The notes: a model not told the origin generated them from the letters alone. 12,492 nucleotides of DNA from Promethearchaeota archaeon (GCA_048939465.1 JBHLPL010000056.1:1-12492), one strand, 5' to 3'; shown: positions 1 through 8,092, numbered from the stretch's first letter. Translations and numbers: made by a program.

Positions 1-233
1 AAATGACTCCGAGCATAAATTGTGTTTTACTTGATGAGCCATTGGGCGGACTTGATGATGTAAGAAGACCTGAAGTTATAGAACAGCTCTTGGAAGATCG
101 AAGCTTTGGGCAGATATTCCTAGTGACTCACACTGATATGAGAACCCGCAGAAACATTCCCAAGATTTCAGTCCACAAAATGGCAGGGGAAAGCACAGCA
201 AACTATATAATTAAATCTGATTTCGAGGCATAG
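1..233 (+). CDS. C-terminal fragment of an SMC/Rad50/SbcC-like ABC-type ATPase (5' truncated by window edge)
   Basis: Frame reads CVLLDEPLGGLDDVRR (Walker B + D-loop) and QIFLVTH (H-loop), then ends ~35 aa later at TAG 231-233, as in Rad50/SbcC C-termini. The ATG at 3 is probably internal. Confidence 0.7.
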   Translation, partial: MTPSINCVLLDEPLGGLDDVRRPEVIEQLLEDRSFGQIFLVTHTDMRTRRNIPKISVHKMAGESTANYIIKSDFEA

Positions 234-240
234 GCATTCA

Positions 241-275
241 TTTTAAATATCTGCTGGTCGCTTTATCTAAGGGGG
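241..275 (+). promoter_or_regulatory. Putative TATA box and Shine-Dalgarno for the 283..966 gene
   Basis: TTTTAAAT at 241-248; GGGGG at 271-275, 7 nt before ATG 283. No clear purine-rich BRE. Confidence 0.35.
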
Positions 276-282
276 TTTTCTA

Positions 283-966
283 ATGAGTAGGGAAAGGCTC
301 CGTCGTGAAATCAAACGTAAACGGAAGAGGAAATATCTGCCGAAGCTGGATCTCAGCCTACTGAGGAAAGTAATTACCCTACTAGATGGCTATCGAATAA
401 ACCGATTCATGGATCCTGTAAGAATCGGAGATCTAGTGAAGTCAGGTGCAGCGGGAGAAGAGCTTCAGAAAGAGTGGGACGAGCTTTACCAGGTCATGTA
501 TGACATGTCCCGTATCCCGGCAAACACACCCAAGGCCCTCAAACTGCTAAAACGTCTTAGTCTAACAGAGAAGTTGAGCATAGTCAACATTGCTGTTACT
601 GCTCTTTTGCTTGCACTCAGCTTCGTTGTCGGGTTTTCGTGGCTCGTCGGCGTTGTTTTTGCAACAATAGCGTTTCCAGCAACGATCGGGGCTAGAGTCT
701 ATCTATATCGTCAGGTCTCTGATGAGATTGACGGATATATTGAGGAGCATCCCGAGAAGTTTGCCAAGAGAAAAGCACGGCTGAAACAACAGGTTCAAAG
801 ATCTATAGGGATTTTGAACAAATATGTAAGACAGTTTGAAAGAGAACCTGCGAACTATCCGTTTGAATTATACAATACAGATTATAGCGGGATTAGCGTC
901 ACGAAAAAACCAGGAACCATAAGAAAAGGATATGTAGTCATACCCAAAATAGGCAAATCACAATAG
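283..966 (+). CDS. Hypothetical membrane protein (two-helix TM hairpin, polybasic N-terminus)
   Basis: 227-aa ORF filling the gap between the flanking genes, with an SD-like GGGGG upstream. Hydrophobic segments at aa ~98-118 and ~120-142; N-terminus RERLRREIKRKRKRK. No family recognised. Confidence 0.75.
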   Translation: MSRERLRREIKRKRKRKYLPKLDLSLLRKVITLLDGYRINRFMDPVRIGDLVKSGAAGEELQKEWDELYQVMYDMSRIPANTPKALKLLKRLSLTEKLSIVNIAVTALLLALSFVVGFSWLVGVVFATIAFPATIGARVYLYRQVSDEIDGYIEEHPEKFAKRKARLKQQVQRSIGILNKYVRQFEREPANYPFELYNTDYSGISVTKKPGTIRKGYVVIPKIGKSQ

Positions 967-975
967 ATGAATCGA

Positions 976-2565
976 TTAGATAGGAGGTACTTCTCCGTAG
1001 AGCTTACTTACCGACATACCTTCTTTTTGGTTTTTCCAAGCATACATAGAAAAGACCAGCATTGCCATTCCGATTAAACCCCCACCTATGGCTATAGAAA
1101 GCACGTTAGCTGTCAGCATCGTGAAGAATGTCATAAAGAAACCAGGTAAGCATATGGTAAGAACTCCAAGAATCGACATCACCGGGAAACCCTTCACTGT
1201 ATGGCTGAAACCACTTCTCCAGACAGCTGGTTTGGAGAATGGCAAAACAAGACTTGTGAGCCCTTGAAGGAAATGAGCCATACCGCTTAAGGCAATCGTT
1301 TCTAGGGCTGTTGCAATAAGTCCTGCATAGGCATATAGAAAAATGGTTCCAATAGCAGAAACCCCTATCACAATGGAAGCAACATATGGGCTATGTGTCC
1401 TCTCACTGATCTTGGTGAGGCGTTCGGGCAAGAATCGGTCAAAGGACATGGAGAATAGCAGTCTAGTCATGCCAGGAAGCATGGCTGGAAAGAATGCCAG
1501 AGTCCATATTGCTGGTCCCAAGGCGAGTATAAACTGCAGAACTGGGTTTGCCGTAAGAGATAGCGCAAATATGGTGGCTACCGGATAAACAGAAGGGTTT
1601 GTTACCGTCGGTATCTCTCCAAACATAACGTAGGAATACATTGACACGAACTCCCCATATCGGGAAAGAAGCAGTGCTGCAAACCCAATATAAATCGCAG
1701 TAATGATTCCTATGCCTCCTACGAAACCGACGGAAAAGCTCTTCTTTGGTACCTTAATCTCACTTCCGAAGAAACTTAGTGCCGTTCCACCAAGGTAGAG
1801 AAAATACGAACTTCTCATGGCGTCCAAGGTCGCATCGAAGCTGAAGGACGTTGGCATCCACCCTGCAGCTGTGGCAGTATCTACGATTTCTTGATAAGCT
1901 CCGCTACCCCAAACCGAATCCCATAGCGACGGAACCGAATCGGGATGAGTTAAGCCCAGTACAGCAAACAATAGTATGCTGAATATCATGGTAATTGCAA
2001 AAAACCCGTAGTTCACCCATTTCATGGGCCTAGGTCCTAGCGCATTAATCGTTACGAACAGTAATACAAATACTACCGCCACAATCAACTGAAAGATGTT
2101 GATCTCAGGATAGGACATGAGAACCAGTGCTGGCTCAATCAAAGAAGGAATCAGCGATACACCTATTATGAGCAAGCAATATCCCAGAACGATCGGTATG
2201 AACACCGCAAGACTACCAAGCAAGATCAGTGAGATAGATAGCGAGCCAAATCCATTGAATACGTAACCAACAGCAGGATTCACGCAGCGAGAAACCCATG
2301 TGTAATCCCCGCCTGATCTAGGCATTGCGACTGACAAGAAAAGACCATTCAGCATGAAAATGGCAGCTGGTATGGCACCCATCGCCAGTGCCAGTATCAG
2401 ATCAGCTCCTGTGTTTTCCGCAAGGATCGCCGGTATAATAAGAAATATCCACGGCCCTATGACTAGGTTTAGCGGATAACTGAGGGCAAATAGTGATCCT
2501 AATTCTCTTCTTAGACCTGTTGCCCGTCTAACGAATAACTTCGGAAATTCTTCCTCAGCCATCAT
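976..2565 (-). CDS. APC-superfamily amino acid/polyamine permease
   Basis: ~530 aa, almost wholly hydrophobic with ~12 or more TM segments. N-terminal FVRRATGLRRELG is typical of archaeal APC permeases; also PRSGGDYTWVSR, GSEIKVP and RLLFSMSFDRFLP. Start is one of TTG2568/ATG2565/ATG2562. Confidence 0.88.
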   Translation of the reverse strand: MMAEEEFPKLFVRRATGLRRELGSLFALSYPLNLVIGPWIFLIIPAILAENTGADLILALAMGAIPAAIFMLNGLFLSVAMPRSGGDYTWVSRCVNPAVGYVFNGFGSLSISLILLGSLAVFIPIVLGYCLLIIGVSLIPSLIEPALVLMSYPEINIFQLIVAVVFVLLFVTINALGPRPMKWVNYGFFAITMIFSILLFAVLGLTHPDSVPSLWDSVWGSGAYQEIVDTATAAGWMPTSFSFDATLDAMRSSYFLYLGGTALSFFGSEIKVPKKSFSVGFVGGIGIITAIYIGFAALLLSRYGEFVSMYSYVMFGEIPTVTNPSVYPVATIFALSLTANPVLQFILALGPAIWTLAFFPAMLPGMTRLLFSMSFDRFLPERLTKISERTHSPYVASIVIGVSAIGTIFLYAYAGLIATALETIALSGMAHFLQGLTSLVLPFSKPAVWRSGFSHTVKGFPVMSILGVLTICLPGFFMTFFTMLTANVLSIAIGGGLIGMAMLVFSMYAWKNQKEGMSVSKLYGEVPPI

Positions 2566-2592
2566 CAATCGCCTGAGAAATACGGCTAGCTG

Positions 2593-2607
2593 GTTAAAAA
2601 CTTTTTC
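2593..2607 (-). promoter_or_regulatory. BRE + TATA promoter of the permease
   Basis: Minus strand reads GAAAAAG-TTTTTAAC, ending ~25-30 nt upstream of the start codons, which implies a short or nearly leaderless mRNA. Confidence 0.55.
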
Positions 2608-2621
2608 TTGTCTCGTTGGAT

Positions 2622-3170
2622 TCAGTAGTCCACTCCTTCCCTTGGTCCGATCCCTCGGGAGAAGACATGCTTTACCTGCCTCATGTAGGTAACGATATCT
2701 CCAGCTCTGACTATTTGACTAGGGGCGTATCTTCCGGTCAAGATCAATTCAACTTTTTTGGGCTTTTTCTCGATCAGATCGAGTACTTCTTCTATCTTAA
2801 AAAGCCCGAAATCTAACGCTACATTTATTTCATCGAGTATAACAATATCCCACTTTTCGCTCATGACAACTTCTCTTGAATAATCAAAAGCCTTGCGTGC
2901 CTGCTCAACATCTGTGTCTGATTTCTCTTCAGGATTAACAAAATCTAGTGTTCCAAACCGTTTTACTTCGAGATTTGGCAAGTATTTCGAGGCCTTGACC
3001 TCTCCATATTCATATTCTCCCTTTAAGTATTGAATTATGTTAACTGAATATCCGTGACCTATCGCGCGCATTGCGAGGCCAAACGCCGTAGTAGTCTTCC
3101 CCTTGCCGTCGCCTGTATAAACGTGCACAAACCCCTCTTTTAGCCGCTTTTCTGATCTTGGTTGCCTCAT
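2622..3170 (-). CDS. cobO: Cob(I)yrinic acid a,c-diamide / cob(I)alamin adenosyltransferase, CobA/CobO/BtuR type
   Basis: HVYTGDGKGKTTTAFGLAMRAIGHG, IQYLKG, WDIVILDEIN, ELILTGR and REGVDY are family motifs. ATGA overlap with the meaB stop. Confidence 0.93.
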   Translation of the reverse strand: MRQPRSEKRLKEGFVHVYTGDGKGKTTTAFGLAMRAIGHGYSVNIIQYLKGEYEYGEVKASKYLPNLEVKRFGTLDFVNPEEKSDTDVEQARKAFDYSREVVMSEKWDIVILDEINVALDFGLFKIEEVLDLIEKKPKKVELILTGRYAPSQIVRAGDIVTYMRQVKHVFSRGIGPREGVDY

Positions 3171-4120
3171 TTCAAGTACTCCCTCAAAATAATGTCTGCT
3201 GCTTGATACGGACCCATCTTCTTTTGGACCATTTTTCTGACAAGATCCTCAAATAGGGGGCTCTCATTTGCTTTCTTGAGAGCCTCATTCTCGATTTTGG
3301 CCCTTAAGGTTTCTATTAATTCTGCGGCCGCCCTCTTCTTACTCAGTGCTTTCAAATCCATGGTCTCCAGGAATCTCTGATGTTCTTCGATTTTGTCGAG
3401 AAGTTGATCGATACCTGTATTCTCGGTGGATGATGTGGTTATTACTGGTGGCACCCAGCCTTCTTTGCTCTCAATTAATCCCTCATAGTCCAGCATCCTT
3501 TCGAGTTCATAGGCGGTTTCCGCTGCCCCCGGCTTATCGGATTTGTTGACAACAAATATATCCGCAATCTCCATTGCTCCTGCTTTCATGGCCTGGATTT
3601 CGTCTCCCAGCCCCGGGCACAACACCAAAACGACGGTGTGGGCCACCTGCATTATCGCTACTTCAGATTGTCCAGCGCCTACTGTTTCCACAATTACTAT
3701 ATCCTTTCCAGAAGCGTCTAGGATATTGACCGCATCTCTCGTAGCTCTGGCAAGCCCCCCTAAGGAACCCCGAGTGGCCATGCTACGGATGAAAATACCA
3801 TCAACGCCGACAATGTCTCTCATCCGGACTCTGTCACCTAGAAGGGCCCCACCACTGTACGGACTGGATGGATCTACTGCTATTATTCCAATAGTCTTGC
3901 TTCTTTCTCTCCATCTCAGGGCTAACTTATTGACCAGACTGCTCTTTCCACTTCCCGGAGGACCCGTTATGCCAACTGTGTGACTTCTTCCTGTATGCGG
4001 ATAAATTATCTGGCTGATTTCTTCTGCCTTCAAGAAATCATTCTCAATGAGACTTATCAGACGTGAAATGCTGGAGACATCCCCTTTATACAAACCCTCT
4101 GCAAGTTTTTGAAGGTCCAT
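3167..4120 (-). CDS. meaB: Acyl-CoA mutase-associated GTPase MeaB (ArgK/MMAA family)
   Basis: GITGPPGSGKSSL P-loop, AVDPSSPYSGGALLGDRVRM, FIRSMATRG, VETVGAGQSE, NKSD. ATG directly follows the stop of the B12-binding subunit (TAAATG). Confidence 0.95.
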   Translation of the reverse strand: MDLQKLAEGLYKGDVSSISRLISLIENDFLKAEEISQIIYPHTGRSHTVGITGPPGSGKSSLVNKLALRWRERSKTIGIIAVDPSSPYSGGALLGDRVRMRDIVGVDGIFIRSMATRGSLGGLARATRDAVNILDASGKDIVIVETVGAGQSEVAIMQVAHTVVLVLCPGLGDEIQAMKAGAMEIADIFVVNKSDKPGAAETAYELERMLDYEGLIESKEGWVPPVITTSSTENTGIDQLLDKIEEHQRFLETMDLKALSKKRAAAELIETLRAKIENEALKKANESPLFEDLVRKMVQKKMGPYQAADIILREYLK

Positions 4121-4537
4121 TTACTTTTCCTCTAACGACATTCTCTCCTTGCTCACGTTTTCTCTTATGAACTTGATTGCTTTCTTAAGTGGTGTGCCGG
4201 GTCCAAAAAGCTCCCTAATTCCATTTTGCCTCAAGAATGGATGGTCTTCATTGGGGATTATGCCTCCAGCAATGACTAGTACGTCGGTAATCCCCCTTTT
4301 CTCCAAGATTCGCGTAACGGTGGGGAGTAATATTCTGTGGGCTCCGCTTAGTATGCTTAGACCAATGACATCTGCGTCTTCGTGAATCGCTGCGTCTACG
4401 ATCTGATCCGGGGTCTGTTTCAGTCCAGTATAAACCACTTCCATTCCAGCGTCTCTCAAAGTTCTGCAGACTACCTTTGCACCCCTATCATGCCCATCCA
4501 AGCCCGGTTTTGCGATTAAGACTTTTATTCGTTTCAA
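4121..4537 (-). CDS. icmB: Acyl-CoA mutase small (cobalamin-binding) subunit
   Basis: KPGLDGHDRGAKVV (DxHxxG base-off/His-on motif), IGLSILSGAH, GGIIP. TTG start with GGGGAGG SD overlapping the large-subunit stop. Symbol follows the large-subunit specificity call; standard pipelines would annotate it as a methylmalonyl-CoA mutase C-terminal domain. Confidence 0.93.
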   Translation of the reverse strand: MKRIKVLIAKPGLDGHDRGAKVVCRTLRDAGMEVVYTGLKQTPDQIVDAAIHEDADVIGLSILSGAHRILLPTVTRILEKRGITDVLVIAGGIIPNEDHPFLRQNGIRELFGPGTPLKKAIKFIRENVSKERMSLEEK

Positions 4538-4547
4538 TTCCCTCCCC

Positions 4548-6209
4548 TCAGAAAATCAGTAATTCCTTATGTTCACCATAGACCTCTTTTAGAGAATTTA
4601 TTATCTCGCCTAATGAAGCGTAGACTTCAACACAATTCAAAACGTAAGGCATGATGTTCTCATCTCTTCTTGCAGCTTTCTTGAGTTCAGCTAGATGCTT
4701 TGATACTTTTTCTTTGTTCCTACTTTCTTTTATTTGCTTCAATCCTTCTACTTGTACTCTCTCGACCTCAGGATCAACCTTGAAGCGAGGTATTCTAACC
4801 TCTTCGCTCTCGTCCCCAAATCGATTTACTCCGACTATGATTTGTTTCTTTTTATCCACATTCTTTTGAAATTCGTAGGCGCTATTTGAGATCTCTCTTT
4901 GGGGATACCCCCTCTTTATAGCCTCAATCATACCGCCCATGCTATCGATTCGATCGATGTATTTCATTGCCTCCTCCTCCATTTTGTCTGTGAGCCATTC
5001 CACATAGTAGCTTCCAGCCAGTGGATCGATTGTCTCGGTTACTCCGCTTTCATGGGCGAGCATTTGCTGTGTTCTAAGTGCGATTGTAACGGCCTTTTCA
5101 GAAGGAAGCTGCCAGGCCTCATCATAACTGTTGGTATGAAGGCTTTGCGTCCCTCCAAGCACCGCTGCCAACGCTTGAATGGCCACCCGTACAATGTTGT
5201 TCTCGGGCTGTTGAGCAGTGAGCGCCACTCCACTTGTCTGTGTGTGGAAACGCATCCATAGACTCCTGTCCTTCTTTGCTCCAAAACGCTCCTTCATGAA
5301 CCTTGCCCACATTCTTCTGGCCGCTCTGAATTTTGCTATTTCCTCAAAGAAGTCATTATGGGAACAGAAGAACAGGGATAACCTTTGCGCAAAGCTGTCT
5401 ATGTTCAATCCTCTCTCGATCGTCTTTCCGACGTACATTAGTCCGTCTGAAAGAGTAAAAGCAAGTTCCTGTACGGCCGTGGCTCCCGCCTCCCTGATGT
5501 GATATCCACTAATGCTTACAGGATTCCACCTAGGAACACTCCTTGTGCAGAACTCAATGACATCAATGACCAGTTTAACTGAAGGCTCCGGTGGAAAAAT
5601 AAAGGATTTCTGCGCAATGAACTCTTTCAGTGCGTCATTCTGGACCGTTCCGCCGACGTTGTCCCAAGAGACATTTTGCTTTTTGGCGACTGTTAGATAC
5701 ATAGCAAGCAAGATAGGTGCCGGAGCATTAATTGTCATGGACGTCGTAATCTTATCAAGAGGAATACCGTCAAAAAGCATTTCCATGTCTTTTAATGAAT
5801 CAATAGCTACGCCACAGACTCCAACTTCGCCTGAGGACAGTGGATCATCTGAATCGTATCCCTCTATCGTCGGGAAGTCAAATGCGACGCTCAGTCCTGT
5901 CTCGCCTTCTGAAAGCAAATACTTATATCTCTGGTTTGTCTGTTCTGCTGTTCCGAATCCAGAGAATTGTCGCATTGTCCAAAGACGTTCACGATACATG
6001 GTTTTGTGAATACCTCGTGTAAACGGGTATTTTCCTGGGAATCCCAAATCCTCTTCATGGCTAAGATGCTCAATGTCTGCCGGAGTGTAAAGCAGCTTTA
6101 TTGGAATGTCGGAGGAATTCTTCTTTTCTGGAATCCTCTTCAGGTACTTCTCTCGCCATTCCTCCTCTCGCTTCCTGATATTCTTAACAGAATTAGAATC
6201 GAACACCAC
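4548..6209 (-). CDS. icmA: B12-dependent acyl-CoA mutase large (substrate-binding) subunit, isobutyryl-CoA-mutase-type active site
   Basis: YPFTRGI, WTMRQFSGFG, GLSVAFDFPT, TVQNDALKEFIAQKS, ISGYHIREAG, RFHTQTSG, LGGTQSLHTNSYDEA. Likely start is GTG 6209 or 6206 with SD GGGGG at 6220-6216; the ORF-track TTG 6242 lies about at the predicted TSS. Family assignment is ~0.97 certain, ICM specificity ~0.75. Confidence 0.9.
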   Translation of the reverse strand: MVFDSNSVKNIRKREEEWREKYLKRIPEKKNSSDIPIKLLYTPADIEHLSHEEDLGFPGKYPFTRGIHKTMYRERLWTMRQFSGFGTAEQTNQRYKYLLSEGETGLSVAFDFPTIEGYDSDDPLSSGEVGVCGVAIDSLKDMEMLFDGIPLDKITTSMTINAPAPILLAMYLTVAKKQNVSWDNVGGTVQNDALKEFIAQKSFIFPPEPSVKLVIDVIEFCTRSVPRWNPVSISGYHIREAGATAVQELAFTLSDGLMYVGKTIERGLNIDSFAQRLSLFFCSHNDFFEEIAKFRAARRMWARFMKERFGAKKDRSLWMRFHTQTSGVALTAQQPENNIVRVAIQALAAVLGGTQSLHTNSYDEAWQLPSEKAVTIALRTQQMLAHESGVTETIDPLAGSYYVEWLTDKMEEEAMKYIDRIDSMGGMIEAIKRGYPQREISNSAYEFQKNVDKKKQIIVGVNRFGDESEEVRIPRFKVDPEVERVQVEGLKQIKESRNKEKVSKHLAELKKAARRDENIMPYVLNCVEVYASLGEIINSLKEVYGEHKELLIF

Positions 6210-6262
6210 ACCATTCCCCCATAATTGGCCTGAGTATATCAATCTAGAGGTAAACGATCCAC

Positions 6263-6280
6263 TTATTTAAAGATTTTTTA
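6263..6280 (-). promoter_or_regulatory. BRE + TATA promoter of the mutase operon
   Basis: Minus strand reads TAAAAAATC-TTTAAATAA: an A-rich BRE followed by a TTTAAATA box, ~55 nt upstream of the probable start. Confidence 0.6.
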
Positions 6281-6281
6281 C

Positions 6282-6304
6282 ATTCTGGCATGGGCTGGCA
6301 GAAT
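6282..6304. repeat. Imperfect inverted repeat immediately upstream of the BRE
   Basis: ATTCTGgCAtgggcTGgCAGAAT: arms ATTCTG/CAGAAT pair perfectly, with an inner CA/TG pair. It also contains CTGGCA twice. Confidence 0.55.
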
Positions 6305-6306
6305 CG

Positions 6307-6325
6307 TTAAAAAATAAGGAGGAAA
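6307..6325 (-). terminator. Putative oligo(T) terminator of the acyl-CoA ligase gene
   Basis: Minus strand TTTCCTCCTTATTTTTTAA, ~15-35 nt after the ligase TAA. Archaeal terminators are pyrimidine/T tracts. Confidence 0.45.
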
Positions 6326-6341
6326 TGAGTTGTCGGATGTG

Positions 6342-8027
6342 TTACTTCGATGGAATAGCCTTCCTAACTTCTTCGTCTCTAAGCTCTCTACGGAGAACTT
6401 TGCCAACAAGTGTCTGCGGAAGTGCGTCTCTGAACTCAAGTTCCTTGATATGCTTGTGTTTGGCTATCTTCTTATTAACGAAGTCCATGATTTCTTTTTC
6501 AGTTGCTGTAGCCCCTTCCTTCAACACACAAAATGCTTTGGGTATCTCCCCCTCTACAGGATCCGGCTTGCCTATAACTGCACACAGCTTCACGGCGGGG
6601 TGTTCGTATGCTATATCTTCAAGCTCTCTTGGAAAAACGCTGTAACCCTTATGCTTGATTAGGTCCTTCGCTCTTTCCACGATGTAGAAATAACCATCCT
6701 CGTCCACCTTTGCTAGATCGCCTGTATAAAGCCAGCCTTTTCTAAGTGCTCTCTTGGTTTCTTCAGGAAGCTTCCAGTAACCCTTCATCACTTGTGGTCC
6801 TTTTACTGCTAGTTCCCCCACCTCTCCTGGCGGAAGTTCCTTCTTTCCAGTTTCAGCATCCATAATCTTAGCTTCTGTATCCGGAAAAGCAAGCCCAATC
6901 GACCCTATTTTCACCGTTTTCAGCGTCGGGTCAAGCGGGTTGCAGTGCGTAACCGGTGAGGCTTCGGTAAGACCGTAACCCTCTACCAGTGCCCCCCCTG
7001 TTAATTTCATGAATGCCTTTTGGACTTCAGGAGGAAGCGCCCCTGCGCCGGAAAGGCAGAATTTTATGGAGGAAAGATCAAATTTCGTGGTCTCCGGTCG
7101 TGCCACCAGGATAGCGTACATTGTGGGAACCCCACACCATATCGTTACCTTGTTCTTCTCGATTTCCTCAAGAACATCAGCAACACCGAATTTTGGAATA
7201 AGAACCATAGTGCCTGCTTGAGAAACAGCGTCATTCATTGAAGTCGTCATGCCAAATATATGGAAAAGCGGAAGGGCGGTAAGGAATGTTTCTTCTGCTT
7301 CCTTTGAACCTGCAAGCCATTTTGTGCAAGCAATGGCGTTAGAAACAAGGTTATAGTGAGTGAGCATTGTCCCTTTTGGTGTCCCTGTTGTTCCCCCAGT
7401 ATATTGCAGTATCGCTAGGTCTTCCTTGGGATCGATTTTCACCTTTTTAGGTTCGGGTGGATACTTGCTTATTAGCTCCTTGAAGAAGTAAATCCCCGCT
7501 TCTTTCTCAACTTTCTTTCCCGGGATTTTTCGCAGTAGCTTGCCAAAAATCCTCTTTCCTGTCGATAGATAATCTGCGAATTTTGCAACTATGATGTTCT
7601 TCAGCTTTGCTTCATCTTTGACACTCTTGATTACAGACTCGAATAGATCAAGAACTACTATCGTCTTCGCTCCTGAATTCTTGATTTGAAAAGCTGCTTC
7701 TCTTTCCTTAAGCAAAGGGCTTACGGCGGTAACTATCGCTCCCGCCCTCATAGCACCGTAATAGCCTATGATGAACTGAGGCACATTCGGAAGCATTAAT
7801 CCAACTACGTCTCCCTTTTTGACGCCCAAGTCCTGTAAAGCTGTGGCAAACCTGCTCGCGTGCTCATCGAGTTCTTGATAGCTTATCTTATTACCTTTGA
7901 ATATTACTGCTGTCTTTGTGGGATGTCTATCGGCAGTATTCTTTAGCATTTCTGAAAGTGTTATCTCTGGATATTTGATTGAAATTGGGACCCCCGCGGG
8001 CCAAAACTTCGATTTAGCTTTCCCCAT
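6342..8027 (-). CDS. fadD: Long-chain-fatty-acid--CoA ligase (FadD-like, ANL superfamily)
   Basis: ILQYTGGTTGTPKG (AMP-binding signature), LPLFHIFG, EGYGLTEASP, WLYTGDLA, C-terminal GKVLRR. ATG 8027 with GAGGTG SD upstream. Confidence 0.93.
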   Translation of the reverse strand: MGKAKSKFWPAGVPISIKYPEITLSEMLKNTADRHPTKTAVIFKGNKISYQELDEHASRFATALQDLGVKKGDVVGLMLPNVPQFIIGYYGAMRAGAIVTAVSPLLKEREAAFQIKNSGAKTIVVLDLFESVIKSVKDEAKLKNIIVAKFADYLSTGKRIFGKLLRKIPGKKVEKEAGIYFFKELISKYPPEPKKVKIDPKEDLAILQYTGGTTGTPKGTMLTHYNLVSNAIACTKWLAGSKEAEETFLTALPLFHIFGMTTSMNDAVSQAGTMVLIPKFGVADVLEEIEKNKVTIWCGVPTMYAILVARPETTKFDLSSIKFCLSGAGALPPEVQKAFMKLTGGALVEGYGLTEASPVTHCNPLDPTLKTVKIGSIGLAFPDTEAKIMDAETGKKELPPGEVGELAVKGPQVMKGYWKLPEETKRALRKGWLYTGDLAKVDEDGYFYIVERAKDLIKHKGYSVFPRELEDIAYEHPAVKLCAVIGKPDPVEGEIPKAFCVLKEGATATEKEIMDFVNKKIAKHKHIKELEFRDALPQTLVGKVLRRELRDEEVRKAIPSK

Positions 8028-8077
8028 TTAAGCACCTCTCAACATAGAGATTTGGCTGAACATATGCCCAGTGGAAA

Positions 8078-8092
8078 TATATAAATATAAAA
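8078..8092 (-). promoter_or_regulatory. Putative TATA region for fadD
   Basis: Minus strand TTTTATATTTATATA, 50-65 nt upstream of ATG 8027, within the divergent intergenic region. Confidence 0.45.

Noticed and set aside
6210-6242. ORF-track N-terminal extension MIYSGQLWGNG of the mutase
   Set aside because: It begins about at the predicted TSS and encodes the SD (GGGGG). The GTG before FD is a better start.
6316-6662. Perfect AAGGAGG SD 7 nt before a TTG opening a 110-aa + strand ORF (also the 106-aa ORF at 6325), antisense to the fadD 3' end
   Set aside because: The purine run is the complement of the fadD pyrimidine terminator tract. The ORFs overlap a well-supported gene and have shadow-frame F/L/C-rich composition with no motifs.
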